From Fimicolochytrium jonesii (Eukaryota): a DNA stretch of 64,000 nucleotides. Under the pieces are notes generated by a model. The model did no database searches and was not told the DNA's origin. It worked only from the letters and a program-made list of their open reading frames with translations. The stretch lies in NCBI RefSeq assembly GCF_025526975.1, contig NW_026515697.1, positions 186,001 to 250,000 of the forward strand, written 5' to 3'. This document shows, one piece after another, positions 58,285 through 64,000 of this stretch. Each line of letters starts with the position of its first letter. The first letter of the stretch is position 1. The position numbers and the translations under genes were made by a program.

Positions 58285-61085
58285 ATGGACCCTCGGTACT
58301 TTCTACCACCGGCTCACACTCGGTATGCATCATATTCTCAGTTTCGGTCAAGGTTTCTCTCGATGCTCATTGTCGAGGACGCAGCAGCTCACCGTGAACT
58401 TCTGCAGGGAAGCAACCCACGGCGGTGAAGAAACCGACCGGCCATTGTCCCTACAGCGCTACGACTCTAGCGGTGGACCTCGGAAGCTTGCTATGATGGA
58501 ACCCAAGCCCAACTTAGGTATCAGCTTCCTGAGTTACCCACGGCAATTGCAAAGGACAGTCGACTGATTCGTAGTGGAACGCTTTTGTTCGAAGGACCGA
58601 CCGCCCAGATACCACCTTCCATCAGCCTCACGGGAATGTACTCAGCGACAGGTGGGCGCTGACGCTCGCAGTAGCTCGACGTTTGCGTCACAAAACTTAC
58701 TCACATGTTTCTCGTCCTGTAGGGTTCGATTTGCTTGGAATACTATCTTGGGTCGTGAATCGACCAAACCCAAAGGTACGGCTCTTGCTCAACCAACAAA
58801 TACGCCACAGAAGGGTAGCAATTGGGACATCACGCTTATCAGATCCTACGCTAGATTCATCTCGGTCCCGTGGATTTGAGTTGTGCCTTTCTGGTGACAG
58901 ATCCTCGGAAAGATCAGAATCCTATTGTCTACGCAAGTGAGACATTTACAAAGTGAGTTGGAAAGGACGCTGTGCCATTACTTGGGATCGATTGAAGTCT
59001 CACTTTGGAATCCCTCCAGACTGACGGGATACTCGAATGCCGAGGTCCTCAATCGATCATGTCGATTTCTGCAAGGTATGCCCTGCCCTACTTCCCGCAC
59101 GTTGGAATCCGCAGATCGCTCAACTTTGTTCTTCTCTGTCAGATCCCGATGGACAGCAAGAGAAAGGCGCAATACGGCGTTTCACCGATCATAGCATAGT
59201 TTGCAAGTTGAAGCATGACGTGGACGCGAACAACGAGTGTCAATATACCCTGATCAACTACAAGAAAGGAGGAGAGGTGGGAATAGATTGAAACGCAGCG
59301 CGGCACTTATCACCGCTAAAACTCACTTCACTGCTTTTCTTTCAGCCCTTCATCAACCTGCTCACGGTCATCCCAGTGTGAGTTGGACGACGCTGCTGGT
59401 AACTCCCATTTCCGTGGCAGTCTAAGTCATATCCTTATGCAGGGAACTATACCGTCCAGGGGAAGTCTCTTTCCAAGTCGGTTTCCAGGTCGACCTAGTC
59501 GACCAGCCACAAGCAATCCTCGATCGAATGAGAGGTATGGGTCGCGCCGCAGCTCTGAGATCTTTTGGCAGAACGTGCGCTGACTCTCACTCTGCAGATG
59601 GGACGTATACGATCAACTACCAGCTGAACGAGCAGTTGGCTGGGTCAAAGCCCGGTACGTCCTTTATCAGACGGATCTGGTAGAAAACGTGGCCTACACA
59701 CTGACACGCAACCCCCAGGTGCCATACAAAACTCCCAATCTTTCCAGCGCAACATTGCTGGCCTAGTGTCGCCAGCCTCGACAACAAACCCTTCCGATCC
59801 GCCGTTCCTAGAAGGTGTCGAGGACTTCCTTGACGACATGGGCGACTTTGTGCATATCCTCTCCCTCCGTGGGCTGTTCCTATACGCTGCACCAAGAGCT
59901 ACGAAGCAGCTTCTGGGGTACAGTGCCGAGGACGTTATGGGCCATAATCTGCATGAATTCGTGCATCCGTCGGATTATGTTGCTGTGATGCGAGAGCTTC
60001 GGATGGCCAACCCCGGGGAGTCGATCAACATTTTGTGCCGATTCCGTCGGAAGCACTCTGGTTATGTGTATTTGGAAATCAACGGACACGTGAGTTCCTG
60101 AATACTTCTCCTGTCTCGTGGACGTTGGTCATTAAGCAAGATTTCATACCCCAACAAAGATCTACGAAGGCAACAACAGCAAACGAACAAAATGCTTCAT
60201 CATGACCGGCCGCGAAAAAGAAGTCGGCAGCCTCATGGTGGACGACGTCCTCCTCCCCGACAAAGAAAACCTCGAAACATGGGTCAAGCTTTCCCGAGGA
60301 GGTCTAGTCCTCCACGTCTGCACAAACACCATCCCCTTCTTCGGTGATTCCGCCGACTCCCTCCTCGCCAAATCCCTCAGCGAGAACCTCCACGACAGCG
60401 ATCAACAGATGTTCCTCGACGCCCTCGCCCGCGTCCGATCCTCACGCAGGATCGAAAACGTGCGGTGTAGGATCATGCTCAAGCGCGGTGTCCTCCCCGT
60501 CGTCATCCGTCTCTACTCGGAAAAATGTAAACCGTCCACGTCACCATTCACAACCAACCCGGCCACGACATCGCAAACGTCCTCGACGGTACTCTGCCAG
60601 ATCAAAGTCGTGGAACCGGGCAAGACGGACCCGCTGGATTTGAAAAGTATTGTCGAGTACAAGGATCTGTACTCGAATGGGGACCTGTTTGATGTTATGC
60701 ATGAGGTTCGCGCGACGAGTTTGCAGTTTGAGTTGAATCAATTGAGGATACAGAATAAGCGGTTGAGGGAGGAGTTGGATATGCTTGCTGCTCCGAAAAA
60801 GGTACGTTTCTGCAGTTATACTATATTCGCTATCAGTGTTGCAGAGAGCTTAATACCATCCCTTTGAAGCAGAAACACGAAGGCCCTCAATGCGCTCAAT
60901 GCGGCACGCACATCAGCCCCGAATGGCGGAAAGGCCCCGACAACCAACGAAACCTGTGCAATGCATGTGGACTGCGGTATGCAAAGTCGGTACGGAATCA
61001 GATCCAGACGCAGACATCGGGCACGCCGGGGGCGATGCCGAGATCGCCGGGGGAGATGTCGTCGTCGGGGCCGTTGTCGGGATGA
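58285..61085 (+). CDS. wc-1: White collar-1-type blue-light photoreceptor (LOV-PAS-PAS-GATA)
   Basis: [88 protein letters not shown] finger [25 protein letters not shown]. Start uncertain. Confidence 0.9.
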
Positions 61086-61606
61086 ACTGGATTTGTTCTT
61101 CAAGGCTTCCTCGGCTACCCATCGTCGAGTATTGTGTGTCACACATGCATTGTACTGTACCTATCTCACCGCCGCGATCCATCGCACAAGCCAAGCGATG
61201 CGCAATTTTTGGACCTCCCATTTTCTGAAGTTCGGCCGCGCTGGGCCGCGTCGCGCTCTATTGTCACTCGTTTCCCATGGCCAATGGCCCATATTCGTGT
61301 TGCTCTACGCATTGTATATAATTTCTATACACTTTCAGTCGCTATGTTGTAAGCTACTTCTCCTTTGAGCGTAAAATATCATCGTGGTAATGCTTACATT
61401 CCCGCCCCAATCCGTTGCCTTGCGCAGCTTACCGAAAAGATTTGCCTTGATCAGGCAAAAGACTGCCGCATCGGCACATCCAATGCGATTCTGCATAACC
61501 GTTAAATCCTATCCGAGTGTGTCATCAGTAGCGCGCGTCGAGCTTTTGCGCCTAATGCACGACCGACCGCCGTCATTCGAACTGCAGCACCCTCCCTTCA
61601 AATAGA

Positions 61607-64000
61607 ATGTTGTCCGTCATAGACCCTGACGTTCCTGAGCAGGAGGAAGCGGGCTTACGCACAGCTCCGGCGAAGTTACAAGAAGAGACTTTGAAACCTG
61701 GCGACGAGGGCGACGATGACATCGATGAGTGCATAATAGAAGAAGAGTGGGAATACGATGACCAGGCTTGGGACTACCCGTCGGACAGCTCGGCTGCTCC
61801 TGGCAGTCAGTCGAGGTCCAGTAGAGATAGCCGGCAAGGTGATGCACGACCGGACACGGGGGGTGATCTCCCGGAGACGACGGCGAGAGAACATGAGGAG
61901 GGAGTCGTGTTCCGGGTGATGGCGGAGCTGAGCAGGATAGAGAGCGAGCTCGCTGAAGCTGAAGCTGCTGATGCTCGTGAGGACAGCTTGCCAAATGCGG
62001 AAGTGATTGGAGCGAAGGAAGTAGGTGCCACCACGATCAGATGATGGTTATGCATGAAGTCAACGCAAGCGTCTGATCCGGCTTTTCTTTGCAGCTTGTT
62101 GAGATCAACAAGCAGAAGAACACAGTTCCTGCACCCAAACCGCCTGCACGGACCCCCAAAACGAGGAAACCGGGCGCGGAATCAAGTAAAATGGACCCGG
62201 CGGTGAGAGAGTTCCTGGAACAGATGCATCAAGATCGGTCCAAGTGAGTTGTGGCATGGCGAAGCTCATCGTCGATCTCCTGAGTATGTGATTGCTAATG
62301 TGGGGCATTGCTGTTAGACTGCAAGCCCTTGAACGAGAACTAGACCATGCCATCTCGCGTCAAAGCATCCAGAATGAAGTGCTCGAGGCGATGAATGCGT
62401 TGGAGACGAGTTGGAAGGCTCAGGCTAGAGGAGAGCGTATGTGCTCCCGCTGATTTTGCATCACATCATGTGGCCACCGGAGTGCTGAGGCAGACCTTCT
62501 CTCCGTAGGTGTGGGTCTCAAAAATAAGATCAGTGGGATACGGGCAGCTATCAGCAAGCTGTGGTGTCATATCCGGACGCCTCATGAGGGAGATACATGT
62601 GTGTGTATACGCATTCCCGGGACCACCAGGACATGTCGCCGCGTGAGACTGACTTTGAAGTTCGTCAGATGTGAGCAAGCTGAAGGCGTCGATGGAATCC
62701 ATCGAGGCGGATCTGCTGGCCATCAGGGATCATGAGAGCAAAGTGTAAGCCTCCTTCTCTGGTCTCGCTTCTCACTACTGAAAAGTGAATGTACCGTCTC
62801 GCTCTTCAGCCTTGAGGATCTCGTCCGCCAAGAAAAGAAGCTTACGCAAGAGATCAATACCTTCGAAGAGCACATTGAAGCCTGGAACCAGATTGCGGAA
62901 ACTGTTCCAGAAAGACTGCCTCACACCGCGTCTAGCAAGCCCGCGCCTGTATCTGTCGCCAAGCATGATGATATACTGCTACCGGAGGTCATGGAATACC
63001 AGGTTGGTTTCTCACCCGTCTTTTATCCCAGTGACGGTGATTCTGAACTCTTGTGCCATGGAACTCTTAGGATTTCATCTCCCGGCATGGCGGCCGCTTT
63101 GGAGGCTGGGAAGAACTCAGCCATACGACCTTTCTCAAGTTACGGCAAAAGTTTGGAGTAAGCTCTCAATCCTGCATAACGGCACCCACCGATGGCAGCG
63201 ACTGAACAAAACCGTCCCTTTGTAGCCAGACTCTCCAGACTTCTTCCGGGCCTGCATCTCCCGCATCCCTGGGATAGACTACAATCTGGCGTCTCAGCAT
63301 GAGAAATGGTATCAGCGGTTCTGTAAAGTGACCGAGGCGCGGAAGATGGCTATTGGCAAATGGAGGCAGCGGAAAGCTGTAAGTATGGCGCGGAAGATCT
63401 GCATCTTCGTGGGATTCCTGTATCTGATTGGGGATTTGCTCTACGGTAGGCCATATTGGAGAGAGAGGAACAGGCCTTGGACGAAGAGACCGAGATGAAA
63501 CACGAAAGGTCAGACGTCGACATAGCGCTGGAACGAGCAGAACGCGAAGAGAAGAGGCGGGCACTGATGGAATGGAAGGTGAGTTCATGACAAATTCATT
63601 GGAAGTACCTCACACGACGTCTGATCACCGGTTAGACCAAGAAAGCCGCCGAGCAGGCAACGCAAGAGCAGATTTCAAAGCTCACACACAGACAAGAACG
63701 GGAAAGGCTAAGAAAGTGGCAGGAAGAACAGGTTGGTCAACGATGCATGCACTGAACTGAAGGCATCCTTTAGACCATCAGTGTCCTGACTTCAACCGAC
63801 CCTGCAGAAAGCACGCCACGACAGAATCGCGGACTTTGTACGGCGCAAAGCTGAAACCGAAGCCTTGATTCGCAGACGCAGAGAAGAACGTGAGAGACAG
63901 GAGCGAATATCCCGGGCGTCTGCGGATCCTGAGAGTGTCACGCGGATCGCCCAGAAGGTGAGCGGCCGGGTTCTTTACGGATGCCTGATCTGAGGGACGG
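61607..64000 (+). CDS. CCDC112-like coiled-coil protein (multi-exon, runs off the window end)
   Basis: LLPEV...FISRHGGRFGGWEELSHTTFLK and HEKWYQRF...KMAIGKWR, followed by charged coiled coils. Confidence 0.7.

Overview
Intron-rich fungal genomic DNA, most likely a zoosporic (chytrid-type) fungus, inferred from a CCDC112-like gene, a white-collar-1 photoreceptor and short GT-AG introns with CTRAC/CTAAT branch points. Positions 1-3.5 kb and 23-64 kb hold ordinary host genes: PEX10, a GNAT, PTH2, APC4, kynurenine aminotransferase, TMEM209/Pom34-like, an MFS transporter, SEC4/Rab8, MTM1-like carrier, WD40, R3H, SH3, twin-CX9C, cyclin, methyltransferase, WC-1, CCDC112 and two tRNAs. Between about 3.5 and 20.5 kb, starting where a HAM1/ITPA gene breaks off, lies an accessory element-like island of about 17 kb. 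Its centrepiece is a spliced minus-strand gene (13284-6503, about 2210 aa) that joins an OTU deubiquitinase, a UDG-like domain split by a Ser/Thr repeat, an unknown region and a complete Fanzor (eukaryotic TnpB) nuclease with an intact D-E-D triad. The island also carries a SprT-Josephin fusion (a second, unrelated deubiquitinase), a decayed TET/JBP-like 2OG-Fe(II) dioxygenase and orphan ORFs. It has telomeric TTAGGG tracts upstream of each main ORF, always with TTAGGG on the sense strand, and a private ~55-bp motif in three copies. No transposase, target-site duplication or omegaRNA could be identified by eye. All domain calls rest on motif recognition, not database searches.
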